64,000 nt of DNA from Thermodesulfobium acidiphilum (GTDB taxonomy: Bacteria > Thermodesulfobiota > Thermodesulfobiia > Thermodesulfobiales > Thermodesulfobiaceae). The position numbers and the translations under genes are program-made. Positions 28,245 to 39,827 of the stretch are shown piece after piece. The DNA lies in the NCBI RefSeq assembly GCF_003057965.1, contig NZ_CP020921.1, positions 270,100 through 334,099 on the forward strand, read 5' to 3'. The notes beneath the pieces are model-generated. The model was not told the DNA's origin and ran no database searches. It saw only the letters and a program-made list of their open reading frames with translations. How positions within the stretch are numbered: the stretch's first letter is position 1; each line of letters starts with the position of its first letter.

Positions 28245-28640
28245 ATGTTAAGCTCACCAAGAAAGAGTTTAAGGGACAAGAAAGGCTTTACGTTGATCGA
28301 ACTTTTGGTAGTTATTGTCATTATAGGCATACTTGCTGCAGTTGCATTTCCGCTATATCAAAACCTTACTAAGAACGCCGCTGACGCATCAGCAAAGGGC
28401 GCGCTTGCTGCTTTGAGGGGTGCATCTGCTCTGTATTATGGACAATACGGAACTTATGCGCCAGACCTTGCCACGGTTGAGGGTCAAGCAAAGGCTCAAG
28501 GTGGAATTACTTATACAGCTAATGGGATATCTGTTGCTGCAGGAGGAACGACTTATACTTATACGCTTAGTTATGATTCTACTGATGGTACTATTTCTTG
28601 CACGAGTGCTGGCACAGGGACATCGTGCTCTTCCTGGTAA
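28245..28640 (+). CDS. pilA: Type IV pilin (probable major pilin)
   Basis: Class III signal [12 protein letters not shown] with E5, strong AAGGAGG RBS, C-terminal Cys pair, own promoters and terminator. Confidence 0.9.
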   Translation: MLSSPRKSLRDKKGFTLIELLVVIVIIGILAAVAFPLYQNLTKNAADASAKGALAALRGASALYYGQYGTYAPDLATVEGQAKAQGGITYTANGISVAAGGTTYTYTLSYDSTDGTISCTSAGTGTSCSSW

Positions 28641-28648
28641 AAAATCCC

Positions 28649-28675
28649 AAAGGGCTGCTCAAGAGCGGCCCTTTT
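28649..28675 (+). terminator. Intrinsic terminator after the pilin gene
   Basis: AAAGGGCTGCTC-AA-GAGCGGCCCTTTT. Confidence 0.8.
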
Positions 28676-28710
28676 CTAATTACCTCTTTATATGACATAT
28701 GAGGTGATAT

Positions 28711-29112
28711 TTGATTGAATCAGTGAGTCTGAAGACCTCAAAAAGACTCCAATTAATAGACGTTACTTCTATGATAGACAGCGCTCTAAAGGAATTTTAT
28801 GGCGACTACAACGGGGCTCTTCTTTGCTACGTGCCTCACACAACTGCTGCAATTACCATAAACGAAGCAGCAGATCATGATGTAGCCCTTGACATTGAGA
28901 GCTTTCTCAAGCTTCATCTCCCTGAAGGCATAAAGTTCAGGCATCTTGAGGGAAATTCCGACGCACACGTCATCTCTACTCTTATTGGCTCATCAGTAAT
29001 GGTTCCTGTAGAGAGTGGAAATCTGAAACTGGGCAGATGGCAGGGAATATTCTTTGTGGAGGCAGATGGTCCCAGAACCAGAAGCATAAACCTGGTAAAA
29101 CTTACTTCTTAG
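28711..29112 (+). CDS. yjbQ: YjbQ family protein (UPF0047)
   Basis: VPHTTAAITINE, NSDAH, LGRWQGIFFVEADGPR. Confidence 0.92.
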   Translation: MIESVSLKTSKRLQLIDVTSMIDSALKEFYGDYNGALLCYVPHTTAAITINEAADHDVALDIESFLKLHLPEGIKFRHLEGNSDAHVISTLIGSSVMVPVESGNLKLGRWQGIFFVEADGPRTRSINLVKLTS

Positions 29113-31118
29113 TGAGCTAATTTTATTAACCTGTCGTTATATACGTCTATCTTTCCCCAAACCAATTTAATCTTGTTGCTGTATAGTAGCTGATCCTGGG
29201 TGGTTAATCTAAATGACTCTATAGGTACTGCACTCATGAAGTAATCCTTTTCGTTGATGCCTGCTGGCAGAGGACTTATCCAGACGCCTTCTACTGCGTT
29301 GTCAGGGAGAAGACGAAACTTATGAATATTGCCATTTATATCCCTGTATTCGATTTCGATTGGTTCTTCTTTATATAATATGCGTTTAATTAAGCCAAAG
29401 ATGTTCTTCTTTATGTAGATCTTTGCAAGAACTATATCTTTCTTCGATCCACTTATGGGAACACTGATCCACGTGTTCCAGCTGGCTTCAGATTGGCCTA
29501 TGATTGTGGGTTCAGAGATTGAATAGGATGTGCTTCTCTTAAGGAGGGTAAACCTCTTTTCTCTTTCTATCATAGAGTAATTTCTAAAGATATCTAATAC
29601 GGTTTTTGGATCGTCGTTTAAGAGCATGCCCCCTCTAAAACTCTGAAAGGGAGGATTGTTGTCAGATCTGTACCAGATGTAATATTCTGGTGCCCTATCT
29701 GATCGCAAAAAGGTATCGTTTTGACTGTCAAGCCAGGGCGTGTAGTCCGTATACGATTGAAAGACAGGTCTCGGATCCCAGTTTAAATGGTTGACAAAAA
29801 CAAGAGATGATTCCCAGGGGTATGTGTCTACCGATGCCCTTCCAATTCTCCCTTCGATCTTTTCTGGCAGGGTGTCTATTTCAAGATTTTTTGCAGTTTG
29901 AACTTTTGCATTGTTTGTCATTGCATTTAGATTTGCTACGTTGAAATACTTAAAGTCCAGACTGTTTGAGATGCTCCCAAGAAGGTTTGAATAGTAATTT
30001 GGCATTATCGAGTTTGATGAGATCAGGAAGATAAGCATTATAAACCAGGACAATATAAGTCTTTTTAGAAACGGTACAATTTCTTTATTTTCTGAAACGA
30101 TAATTGTAAAGATTGAAAAGCCCAAAAATACAGTGGTAAAAAATCCTGAAAACCAGGGTCCCTCTATGCAAAATGAATACTTTGCGACCAGCCAGAAAAA
30201 TGGGATTAATGAGACTAAAAATACCCTAAACTCTTTATTCTTTATGAGATAAAATGTAAGAAAGGCAATCGGAAGAAATACAATAGCAAAGGCGTTTTTG
30301 TGGATAGAAGGATATGAGGATGAGGCTGCGAAGTAGCCGTATGAGAGCTCAAGATAACCACGCGTGAAGTCTATAAGGTTTGAGAAATTTTTAAAGAAAT
30401 AAAGGTAAAAGGGAGCGAAAAGAAGGACGATGAGAAGAACATAAGACAATAGGAGCTTAAAGCGGCGGCTCCTGATCGCTATAGAATAGCATATTAGATA
30501 TATGGCAGCGCACATTGCAAAGGTTCCAAACTTGTAAAGAAAGCTTAGAACCAGAAGAGGTGCGCTCATCAATAGATAAACAGACTTTTTCGTGCGGTAA
30601 AAGAGAAATGAAAGATTTAGACTCGTAAATATAAGGTCTAAATCAAGGGATCTTACGTAGTTGTGATCGTTTAAGATCAGGATCAGGATATATGTGAGAA
30701 GGTAGCCTGAATATCTTTTTATCGTGCGCTCGTTGCTGCTTAGTTTAACGAGAAATATAAACGACAATATCATGTATGAGTTTATCAGTATAAGTATTGG
30801 ATTTGCAAAGATCAGGGGTAGATACATCGGGCCGGGAGTTGCCAGAAAACCAAGAGGTCCATATGTAAAAATAATATCCTTTCCAAATATTAAGCCGTGT
30901 TCAAATGCATAGTTCATTGCAAACTGCCAGGATGGGTCAAGTCCTGCCCCAAATGGCACAATAATAATATAAAAGGTGAGGAAAAACAGAACGATAAAGA
31001 CAAATGCTCCTTCGTTTAGCGTAAGATTGATTTTCATTAAAGAAGCACTAATTCTTGATCTCAAGGAGTTTAATATTTTCTGGTTATTAATCGATGAGAA
31101 TACTTCTTTTTTCAGCAT
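29109..31118 (-). CDS. Polytopic membrane protein, possible GT-C-type glycosyltransferase
   Basis: About 11-12 TM segments with a first-loop GLDPSW..FGKDIIFTYGPLG motif and a soluble C-terminal domain; function is inferred. Confidence 0.6.
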   Translation of the reverse strand: MLKKEVFSSINNQKILNSLRSRISASLMKINLTLNEGAFVFIVLFFLTFYIIIVPFGAGLDPSWQFAMNYAFEHGLIFGKDIIFTYGPLGFLATPGPMYLPLIFANPILILINSYMILSFIFLVKLSSNERTIKRYSGYLLTYILILILNDHNYVRSLDLDLIFTSLNLSFLFYRTKKSVYLLMSAPLLVLSFLYKFGTFAMCAAIYLICYSIAIRSRRFKLLLSYVLLIVLLFAPFYLYFFKNFSNLIDFTRGYLELSYGYFAASSSYPSIHKNAFAIVFLPIAFLTFYLIKNKEFRVFLVSLIPFFWLVAKYSFCIEGPWFSGFFTTVFLGFSIFTIIVSENKEIVPFLKRLILSWFIMLIFLISSNSIMPNYYSNLLGSISNSLDFKYFNVANLNAMTNNAKVQTAKNLEIDTLPEKIEGRIGRASVDTYPWESSLVFVNHLNWDPRPVFQSYTDYTPWLDSQNDTFLRSDRAPEYYIWYRSDNNPPFQSFRGGMLLNDDPKTVLDIFRNYSMIEREKRFTLLKRSTSYSISEPTIIGQSEASWNTWISVPISGSKKDIVLAKIYIKKNIFGLIKRILYKEEPIEIEYRDINGNIHKFRLLPDNAVEGVWISPLPAGINEKDYFMSAVPIESFRLTTQDQLLYSNKIKLVWGKIDVYNDRLIKLAH

Positions 31119-31272
31119 GCCCTCCTAAAGTTATTTCTAGAAAACTTAAACATTATACAAAATAAATTCTAATTTGCTTAATTTTTAAAATTGCTAATAA
31201 ATTAAAATATCGCTTATAATAAACTTATATATTTTTTTACCATATTCACAGCGTTTATGAAAGGAGAACTTA

Positions 31273-32679
31273 ATGGTAAGAGTTCGTTTTGCTCCATCTC
31301 CTACAGGTGCGCTTCATATTGGAGGGGCGCACACTGCGCTTTTTAACTATCTTTTTGCAAGACGGCTTGATGGTAAATTTATCTTAAGAATAGAGGACAC
31401 TGATACGGAAAGGTCATCGAAAGAGTACGAAGCAATTATCCTGGAAAGTTTAAAGTGGTTGGGGATAGAGTGGGATGAGGGACCATATTATCAGTCAAAA
31501 AGACTGGATTTATACAGGGAAAAGGCAAATGAACTCCTTAAAAAGGGAATAGCTTATGAGTGCTTTTGTACTCCAGAGGAGCTTAAGGAAAGACGAGAGA
31601 TGATGGCAAAGATGGGTAGGCCCCCAAAGTATGACGGTAGGTGCAGGGATCTTAGCGAAGAACAAAAGAGAGAGTTAAGGGCAAAGGGTATCAAACCTGC
31701 TCTCAGGATCAGGATTCCTGATGGAAAATCATTTTTGCGCGATGCTGTAAAGGGTGAGGTGTCCTGTTCGAACGAAAGTTTGGGTGGGGATATGGTAATA
31801 ATGAAATCAGACAATTATCCTACCTATAATTTTGCTGTGGTTGTAGATGACATAGATATGAACATTACTCACGTGATAAGGGGTGACGATCACCTTACAA
31901 ACACGTTTAAACAAATGATTATTTATAAGGCTTTCAACAGAGAACTCCCAAAATTTGCACACATACCACTTCTTCTGGGACCCGATAAGACGAAACTTTC
32001 CAAAAGGCACGGTGCAGCGAGCGTGCTGGAATATAGGGAAATGGGATATCTTTCTGACGCCCTCTTTAACTTTCTGTCGCTCCTTGGTTGGACACCAAAG
32101 GAAGGACAGGAGATATTTTCAAGGAATGAGCTAATTTCTATGTTTTGTCTTGCGAAACTCAACTCTAATCCTGCGGTATTTGACATAAAGAGGTTAGAGT
32201 GGATGAATTCTCAATACATAAAAAATATGGACGATTCCAGATTGTTTGAACTTGCGAAGCCATTTTATGAAAGGGCTAAAATAAAAGTTGTAAAGGACGA
32301 CTTTACCCTGAGGGCGATAAATCTTGGCAAAGTCAGGGCAAAGACTTTAGTGGATCTGGTAAATACAACAAGGTATTTCTTTGTAGATCCTGAATTGCCT
32401 CCTGCACAAATAGAGAATATAAGGTCAAATAAGTCAACCCTTTTGCTTTTAGAAAGATTTCTTGAGCTTGTGGGCAATAACTATGAATCTCACATGGATC
32501 TGGAAAACAGATCAAGAGAAATGGCAGCTTCTCTGAGTTTGCCTTTTAAAGATCTCGTTCATCCCCTGAGGCTTATATTGACAGGGATGAAAGTAGGGCC
32601 AGGACTATTTGAGATTGTAGATGCTCTGGGCAAAGATATTGTTATAAAAAGGGTTTCAAAATTTTTAAATGAATCTTAG
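31273..32679 (+). CDS. gltX: Glutamate--tRNA ligase
   Basis: RFAPSPTG.LHIGG, LRIEDTD, KLSKR. Confidence 0.97.
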   Translation: MVRVRFAPSPTGALHIGGAHTALFNYLFARRLDGKFILRIEDTDTERSSKEYEAIILESLKWLGIEWDEGPYYQSKRLDLYREKANELLKKGIAYECFCTPEELKERREMMAKMGRPPKYDGRCRDLSEEQKRELRAKGIKPALRIRIPDGKSFLRDAVKGEVSCSNESLGGDMVIMKSDNYPTYNFAVVVDDIDMNITHVIRGDDHLTNTFKQMIIYKAFNRELPKFAHIPLLLGPDKTKLSKRHGAASVLEYREMGYLSDALFNFLSLLGWTPKEGQEIFSRNELISMFCLAKLNSNPAVFDIKRLEWMNSQYIKNMDDSRLFELAKPFYERAKIKVVKDDFTLRAINLGKVRAKTLVDLVNTTRYFFVDPELPPAQIENIRSNKSTLLLLERFLELVGNNYESHMDLENRSREMAASLSLPFKDLVHPLRLILTGMKVGPGLFEIVDALGKDIVIKRVSKFLNES

Positions 32680-32688
32680 AGGACAATA

Positions 32689-33774
32689 TTGAAATTAGAA
32701 GAATATCTGATATACCCCAGGGTAAAGGTTTTTTTAATAGCGCTTTTTATAATATTGTCTCTATTTGTGTTGTGGATTTTCAAGGGTATTTTGATACTCT
32801 TTTTTATCTCTTTATTGCTTGCCTATCTAATAGAACCCCTTTTCAAAGCGATACTGCGCTTCCAGAAAAACAGAGTAATATCCCTTATTCTGTCATATAT
32901 CATAATCTTTTTCTTTCTGGGCAGCATAGGGATAGTTCTTATTTTCGGACTTTCAAATGAGCTGAAGAGTATAGCAAGAAACCTGCCCCTTTACTTTGAA
33001 AATGTTAAAAACTATCTTAATAGCTTGCAGAATTTTTTGAATTCGTTTTCTATTCCAATTGACATAAGGTCTTCGTTTAATGGGATTTTTTTATCTCAGG
33101 AATACATCCACACACACCCATATTCTTTATCTTTTAGCGAAAGCGCAAAGGTTCTTAAGGCCTTTTTTATGGAATCTGTGAGAATCGGAGTAAATGTATT
33201 TATTGTATTCATGATTGCAGCTTTCTGGATAATTGATTTTGAAAATATAAAAAATGGCCTTTTGACCCTATTCCCTCCCGATAAAAGACAGGAGATTATT
33301 GAACTCTCTACTGATATAGATTTTGTTTTAAAAAGAATTGTAAGAGGACAATTTCTGATTTGTTTAATTAATGGTACATTAACCACTCTGGCTCTTGTTA
33401 TACTAAAAATCCAATATGCTATATTAATAGGCGTACTTGCAGGATGTCTTTCGGTAATTCCGGTTTTTGGAACTCTTTCAACTACTTTGCCAGCAGTTTT
33501 TCTTGGGCTTACTCAGTCGTGGGTGGTTTCGCTCGAAGTGGTAATTGTAATACTGTGCATACACTGGTTTGAAAGCTATGTATTAAGTCCGAAGATAATG
33601 GGCAAGCAGGCTCAGGTGCATCCCATCCTTATAATTCTAGCACTGGTTTCAGGCGAACAGCTTTTTGGGATTGAGGGCTTAATCCTTGCTATACCTGCTA
33701 CAGGAGTCTTAAAAGCTATAGTTATGCACTATCTCAAAAAGGCAGGTCATTTTGACTCAAAGGACAGTTCTTAG
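32689..33774 (+). CDS. AI-2E family transporter
   Basis: Multi-TM; RGQFLIC, ESYVLSPKIMG, VHP, GLILAIP. Confidence 0.9.
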   Translation: MKLEEYLIYPRVKVFLIALFIILSLFVLWIFKGILILFFISLLLAYLIEPLFKAILRFQKNRVISLILSYIIIFFFLGSIGIVLIFGLSNELKSIARNLPLYFENVKNYLNSLQNFLNSFSIPIDIRSSFNGIFLSQEYIHTHPYSLSFSESAKVLKAFFMESVRIGVNVFIVFMIAAFWIIDFENIKNGLLTLFPPDKRQEIIELSTDIDFVLKRIVRGQFLICLINGTLTTLALVILKIQYAILIGVLAGCLSVIPVFGTLSTTLPAVFLGLTQSWVVSLEVVIVILCIHWFESYVLSPKIMGKQAQVHPILIILALVSGEQLFGIEGLILAIPATGVLKAIVMHYLKKAGHFDSKDSS

Positions 33775-35258
33775 TCCTTTAGTATTATTGCCTTTGTGTA
33801 ACTCATTTCTTGAACGGTGTAAAATATTCCCTCTTTGCTGCCGGTGCCGGACGATTTTACCCCCCCGACAGGGTAATACCCTGTTCCATGCCTGGGATAG
33901 TCGTTTATGTGAATTTGACCAGCTTTAAGTCTTCTTGACAATTTCATCAAATAGTTTATATCCTCTCCAAATATTGCAAGATCCAGACCATATTTACAGG
34001 AATTTATTATACTTATGGCCTCGTCTAAATCTTTATAAATATAATAGACGAAAATTGGTCCAAATATCTCTTCAGTCATAAGCTTTATCTGTGTATTAAA
34101 GACTTTAATTATATGAGGAGGAAAATAGGAGTTAATTATTCTTTCAGAAAGTATTATTTCACAATCCTGGTCGATTGCCTCCTTTATCATCTTCTTAAGC
34201 CTGTTTGCACTGGATAAAGAGATTAAAGGACCAAGATTACAATCTTCTCTAAACGGATCAACTCTTTTTATTGTTTTTAATCTGTCCAGGATCAATGACA
34301 GAAGAGACTTTTCTAGCTCCTTTGGTATTAGTATTACATTAAGGGCATCACACCTTTGTCCGGCGTTTTTTAAGGTACCGTTAAACCAGCACTCTACTAC
34401 TCTTTCAGGATTTGCATCCTTCAGGGCCAATCCGAATGCTTTGCCGCCCAATTCCAGGTGAAGTTTTTTTATTCCTGCACTTCTAATTACACTTTCGCCA
34501 GTTTTACTCGATCCTGTAAGCGAAACAAGGTCTATATCTTGATTGTTAACTATCCTCTCCTTTATTTGGGTTTGTGAAGTGGCAATTGTGGTAAGGGTAT
34601 TCTTTGGAAAGCCTGCCATTTCGAAAATCTTTACCAGGAGTAGTACGGATAAAGGAGTATGTTCGCTGGGTATGGATATTGTTGAGTTTCCTGCTATTAA
34701 GGCTGCTGTAAGCTTGGAGGCATGAAGAAAAAATGGGAAATTGAATGGACTTATAAGAACTGCTACGCCATACGGCTCTCTAAGAGTAATAACGCTTCTA
34801 TCACCGAGTTCAGCGAATATACCAGATGGTATGTATTCTCCTTTTAGAGCAAACAGGTCAGGATTCAGGAAACTAAGTCTTTCCAGGGTAGATTCTATTT
34901 CTCTTTTTGCTAGATTTATAGGTTTTGAACTATCCATCACTATAACTTTTGCTATGAGATCGAAGTTTTCTTCAATTATCCTTTTACATCTTGTTAGCAT
35001 TTCAAATCTCTTGTAGCACTCTATATTTGATATTTCAGAAAGTCCTTCTCTGGCAGCGCTTATGACCTCATCAACTTCAAAGTGATTAGGCCCTCTAAAT
35101 TGATAGAGGATTTCATTATTTATAGAAGAGATTTTGTTTTCAGGTTTTAGACTAAGTGTTTTCCATTTTTTAACCAAAAAGTTTATCTCAGTGTTTGAGC
35201 TTTTGCTAATTAAATCAGAAAATGGGCTATTCTTTAATAGACTTAAAATGTTTTCCAT
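33771..35258 (-). CDS. Aldehyde dehydrogenase, non-phosphorylating GAP dehydrogenase (GAPN)-like
   Basis: PFNFP, LTGS, LELGGK, GQRCDA, EEIFGP, YPRHGTGYYPVGG; ATG at 35258 preferred because it avoids a long overlap. Confidence 0.8.
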   Translation of the reverse strand: MENILSLLKNSPFSDLISKSSNTEINFLVKKWKTLSLKPENKISSINNEILYQFRGPNHFEVDEVISAAREGLSEISNIECYKRFEMLTRCKRIIEENFDLIAKVIVMDSSKPINLAKREIESTLERLSFLNPDLFALKGEYIPSGIFAELGDRSVITLREPYGVAVLISPFNFPFFLHASKLTAALIAGNSTISIPSEHTPLSVLLLVKIFEMAGFPKNTLTTIATSQTQIKERIVNNQDIDLVSLTGSSKTGESVIRSAGIKKLHLELGGKAFGLALKDANPERVVECWFNGTLKNAGQRCDALNVILIPKELEKSLLSLILDRLKTIKRVDPFREDCNLGPLISLSSANRLKKMIKEAIDQDCEIILSERIINSYFPPHIIKVFNTQIKLMTEEIFGPIFVYYIYKDLDEAISIINSCKYGLDLAIFGEDINYLMKLSRRLKAGQIHINDYPRHGTGYYPVGGVKSSGTGSKEGIFYTVQEMSYTKAIILKD

Positions 35259-35262
35259 AATT

Positions 35263-35838
35263 TTATTTTTTGTTCTTATATATTTCAAAATACTTTTTTG
35301 CAGTGTTTGCAAAGATGTCTGCAGTAATTTCATCAAACAACACGAACTCGACCCTTTTTAACGACTCTCTTTTTTCAAGGTGTTTAAAGGTTTCTTGAAT
35401 TAAAATGTCAGCACACCTGTCCTTTGGAAAGCCGTATATGCCAGAAGATATTGCGGGAACAGATATACTCTTTAGTCTTAGTTTAAGTGCAAGATCAAAA
35501 CAGGAGTTTATAGACATTTTTAGAAATTCTGTTGCTGCGTCAGGGGCGTATTCGTTATAGTCTGGCCCTACAACGTGGATTACGTACTTTGATTTAAGAT
35601 TTCCTGCGCTGGTATAAACTGCTTTTCCTGTAGGTATGGGGCCTTGATTTCTGATTATCATGTTGCTTTCTGCCTGAATTATGTCCCCACCCCTTCTAAC
35701 AATTGCAAGGGCCACGCCTCCTCCATGTTGTAGGTATTTATTTGCTGCGTTTACTATTGCGTCAGTGTTTCTCAAAGTAATATCACCTTTTACAATTTCT
35801 AAAATTTTATCCTTTATTTCGAAACTGATATCAAGCAT
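35263..35838 (-). CDS. Macro domain protein (ADP-ribosyl / O-acetyl-ADP-ribose hydrolase)
   Basis: GDIT, AIVNAAN, GGGV, VIHVVGP, PAISSGIYGFP. Confidence 0.93.
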   Translation of the reverse strand: MLDISFEIKDKILEIVKGDITLRNTDAIVNAANKYLQHGGGVALAIVRRGGDIIQAESNMIIRNQGPIPTGKAVYTSAGNLKSKYVIHVVGPDYNEYAPDAATEFLKMSINSCFDLALKLRLKSISVPAISSGIYGFPKDRCADILIQETFKHLEKRESLKRVEFVLFDEITADIFANTAKKYFEIYKNKK

Positions 35839-35955
35839 TCTTCCTCCCAGGAACTATCATTTAAAATTAGTTTTAGGTATTAAAAAAGCAATATAAACAT
35901 TATAGTATAATATGATATTCAGTTCTTGCTGGATTTCAATATTTTGGAGGTGTGA

Positions 35956-36375
35956 TTGATGAACGATTTCTTTGCTTTATGGCAAAATGTAATAAAGCAA
36001 GATAAAGAGGATATGGTTTTTAAGCTTGACAAAGGCCTTGAGGCCAGGGAGTATCTCTGGAAAAACAAGCTTGATGTAGAAGGGGATCTGGCTGCTGCTA
36101 TTAAGTCTGTCGATAAAAAGTTTTTGATTATGGCTCCATATATCGTATCGTTTGTAGGAAAGGAATACTTTTCAAAGTATAATAAAAAGCCTATTTTTAT
36201 GTGGTGGTATCATGCAGATGCTATTAGTGATGGTAAGCTTACCGTAGACATAGAAAACAGAATCTGTGAATATAGCGAACAGGGAATGGAGAGCGAGTGT
36301 TCTATAGAACAGATGAAGGAAGAAGGATTTTTGTTTGAATTAGGAGAGATTTCAAGACACCACCATCATAGATAA
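35956..36375 (+). CDS. Hypothetical protein
   Basis: GGAGGTG RBS; first gene of an operon with ogg; P..WWYH motif and His-rich C-terminus. Confidence 0.7.
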   Translation: MMNDFFALWQNVIKQDKEDMVFKLDKGLEAREYLWKNKLDVEGDLAAAIKSVDKKFLIMAPYIVSFVGKEYFSKYNKKPIFMWWYHADAISDGKLTVDIENRICEYSEQGMESECSIEQMKEEGFLFELGEISRHHHHR

Positions 36376-36390
36376 GAAGCAAAAAGCGAT

Positions 36391-37017
36391 TTGAAACTCT
36401 TAGAAAGATTAAATCTTCTAAAGGGAACTTCATGTGAAGAACAAGTTAAACAAAGAATTTCTCAGTTTAGAGAAATTGGTTCTGGAAGTGAAGAAAGAAT
36501 TTTTCAGGAGCTTTGTTTTTGCGTTCTTACTGCCAATTATTCTGCTAAGGGTGGCATATTCATTCAGAACAGGATTAAAGAGGGTTTTTTGTATATGAAC
36601 GAAGATGAATTAAAGTCTTCTCTAAGGGATTTGGGCTATAGGTTCTGGAATCCGCGTTATAGGTTTATTGTGGAAAATAGAAGGCTTTTAGGATCTTTAA
36701 AGGATTTTTTGGAATCAAAAGTTAATTCTTTTGAGAAGAGAAGTTTTTTAGTAAAGGAAGTAAAGGGTTTTGGGATGAAAGAAGCCAGTCACTTCCTTAG
36801 AAATGTTGGAATCTTTAATGTGGCGATCCTTGATAGACACATATTAAGAGTTATGAAGGAATATGGTTATCTTGATGATATTCCAAAAACAATTACTGAA
36901 AAAACATATATTAATCTCGAGAAAGTTTTTTTTCAAATCGCAGATGATTTTGGGAAGCCGCCTGGGGTTTTGGACCTCTATATATGGTATATGGAAAAAG
37001 GATGTGTGGACAAATGA
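36391..37017 (+). CDS. ogg: 8-oxoguanine N-glycosylase/DNA lyase (Ogg2 type)
   Basis: ELCFCVLTAN, GFGMKEASHFLRNVG, AILDRH, LDLYIWY, C-terminal Lys. Confidence 0.92.
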   Translation: MKLLERLNLLKGTSCEEQVKQRISQFREIGSGSEERIFQELCFCVLTANYSAKGGIFIQNRIKEGFLYMNEDELKSSLRDLGYRFWNPRYRFIVENRRLLGSLKDFLESKVNSFEKRSFLVKEVKGFGMKEASHFLRNVGIFNVAILDRHILRVMKEYGYLDDIPKTITEKTYINLEKVFFQIADDFGKPPGVLDLYIWYMEKGCVDK

Positions 37018-37778
37018 GGTTTGGGCTCTTCCAGATGGACATATTGAGAGATTTTGATCAAAATTTTGAAAAGGCTAAGCGCGCTATCTTAGAAGCAAAC
37101 AAAAACGACTTGAAACTTTTAGTTTTTCCCGAGACCTTTATTTCTGGATATTATAAGAGTTCGATTAAAAAAGTGAGCGATAGGCTTTCATATTATTTCG
37201 ATCAGCTATGTTTTATGTCGAGAGAATACAAAATAGATATATATGGCACTTTCCCATTGAAAGAGAACGCCAATATTTACAATTGTGGCTTTTATTTTAG
37301 TGAAGGCTCTTGTATAGCCAGGTACAAGAAGATTCACCTGATTGAAGTTATGGGAGAGAAAGACATCTTCTCAGAGGGGAAAGAAGCCGTCGTGGCAGAG
37401 TCTAACCTTATTGGAAGAGTAGGACTTGCAATATGCTATGATCTGAGGTTTCCAGAACTTTTCAGAAAGGTTTCCATAAACTCAAAAGTTACAATAGTTA
37501 GTGCTATGTGGCCAAAAACAAGAATAGAACACTGGAAAACCCTTTTGAGGGCTAGATCAATTGAGAATCAGTGTTTTGTTATTGGTGTAAATAGGGTGGG
37601 TTCTGACAAAAATAACCTATATCCTGGCAATTCTCTTATTTTTGATCCATATGGAACACCTATTTTGGAATGTGACAATTTGGAAGGATTATATTTTTGT
37701 GATGTAGATCTATCAGTAGTAGAAAGGTTTAGAAAGGATTTTAACGTGCTGGCGGACAGAAGGATATTTAGTTTGTAA
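37014..37778 (+). CDS. Carbon-nitrogen hydrolase (nitrilase superfamily)
   Basis: FPE, YKKIHL, ICYDLRFPE triad, RARSIENQ; ATGA overlap with the ogg stop. Confidence 0.92.
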   Translation: MRFGLFQMDILRDFDQNFEKAKRAILEANKNDLKLLVFPETFISGYYKSSIKKVSDRLSYYFDQLCFMSREYKIDIYGTFPLKENANIYNCGFYFSEGSCIARYKKIHLIEVMGEKDIFSEGKEAVVAESNLIGRVGLAICYDLRFPELFRKVSINSKVTIVSAMWPKTRIEHWKTLLRARSIENQCFVIGVNRVGSDKNNLYPGNSLIFDPYGTPILECDNLEGLYFCDVDLSVVERFRKDFNVLADRRIFSL

Positions 37779-37916
37779 TGATAATAATAGTATGTAGGTA
37801 TTTAAAATCTTTTTAAAAAGGTTAGAAAATTTCTAGAACAGATGCCTATGATGGATGTTTTAGCATAGCTTTCTTATGAGACCTACATGAATTTCACTCA
37901 AAACTTCTCCCTCCCC

Positions 37917-37946
37917 TTGACACACCATTTCAATCCTGTATATAAT
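37917..37946 (+). promoter_or_regulatory. rrn P1 promoter
   Basis: TTGACA-N18-TATAAT. Confidence 0.7.
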
Positions 37947-38052
37947 ATTTACCCGTTGTTCTTGAACCTTGAGAAATTAATTCTTAGCAAGTAGATTTTA
38001 ACTTTTATTTAACGCTCCTTTAACTTTACTTTAAGGTAATTAAAAACCCTTA

Positions 38053-38081
38053 TTGACAAAGTAAGACGAATGGATTATCAT
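38053..38081 (+). promoter_or_regulatory. rrn P2 promoter
   Basis: TTGACA-N17-TATCAT, followed by boxA-like TCCTTGAAAAC at about 38127. Confidence 0.75.
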
Positions 38082-38259
38082 ATCTATTCGTCGCTTAAAG
38101 TGTGACTGGGAAAGTTTTTTTCTCGATCCTTGAAAACCGAATAGTGTTCTGCTAACAATAAACTCTGGTTTAGGTTTGAAAAGAGGAAACTCTTTTTTTT
38201 ATTTAGGATCTTATCCCTTTCATTTATGAAAGGGTTTAAAGCGTATTTAAACTTCTTTC

Positions 38260-39783
<1,524 letters not shown>

Positions 39784-39827
39784 AAGAGGAAAATGCAGAC
39801 ACTATTCGGTTTTGAGGGATTTGTTCG

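Noticed and set aside
28169..28372. 67-aa ORF upstream of and overlapping the pilin gene
   Set aside because: Its GTG lies within the SD-like sequence and it overlaps pilA out of frame
37792..37888. ATGTAGGT/ACCTACAT inverted pair upstream of rrn P1
   Set aside because: Only 8 bp with no supporting internal structure; may be chance
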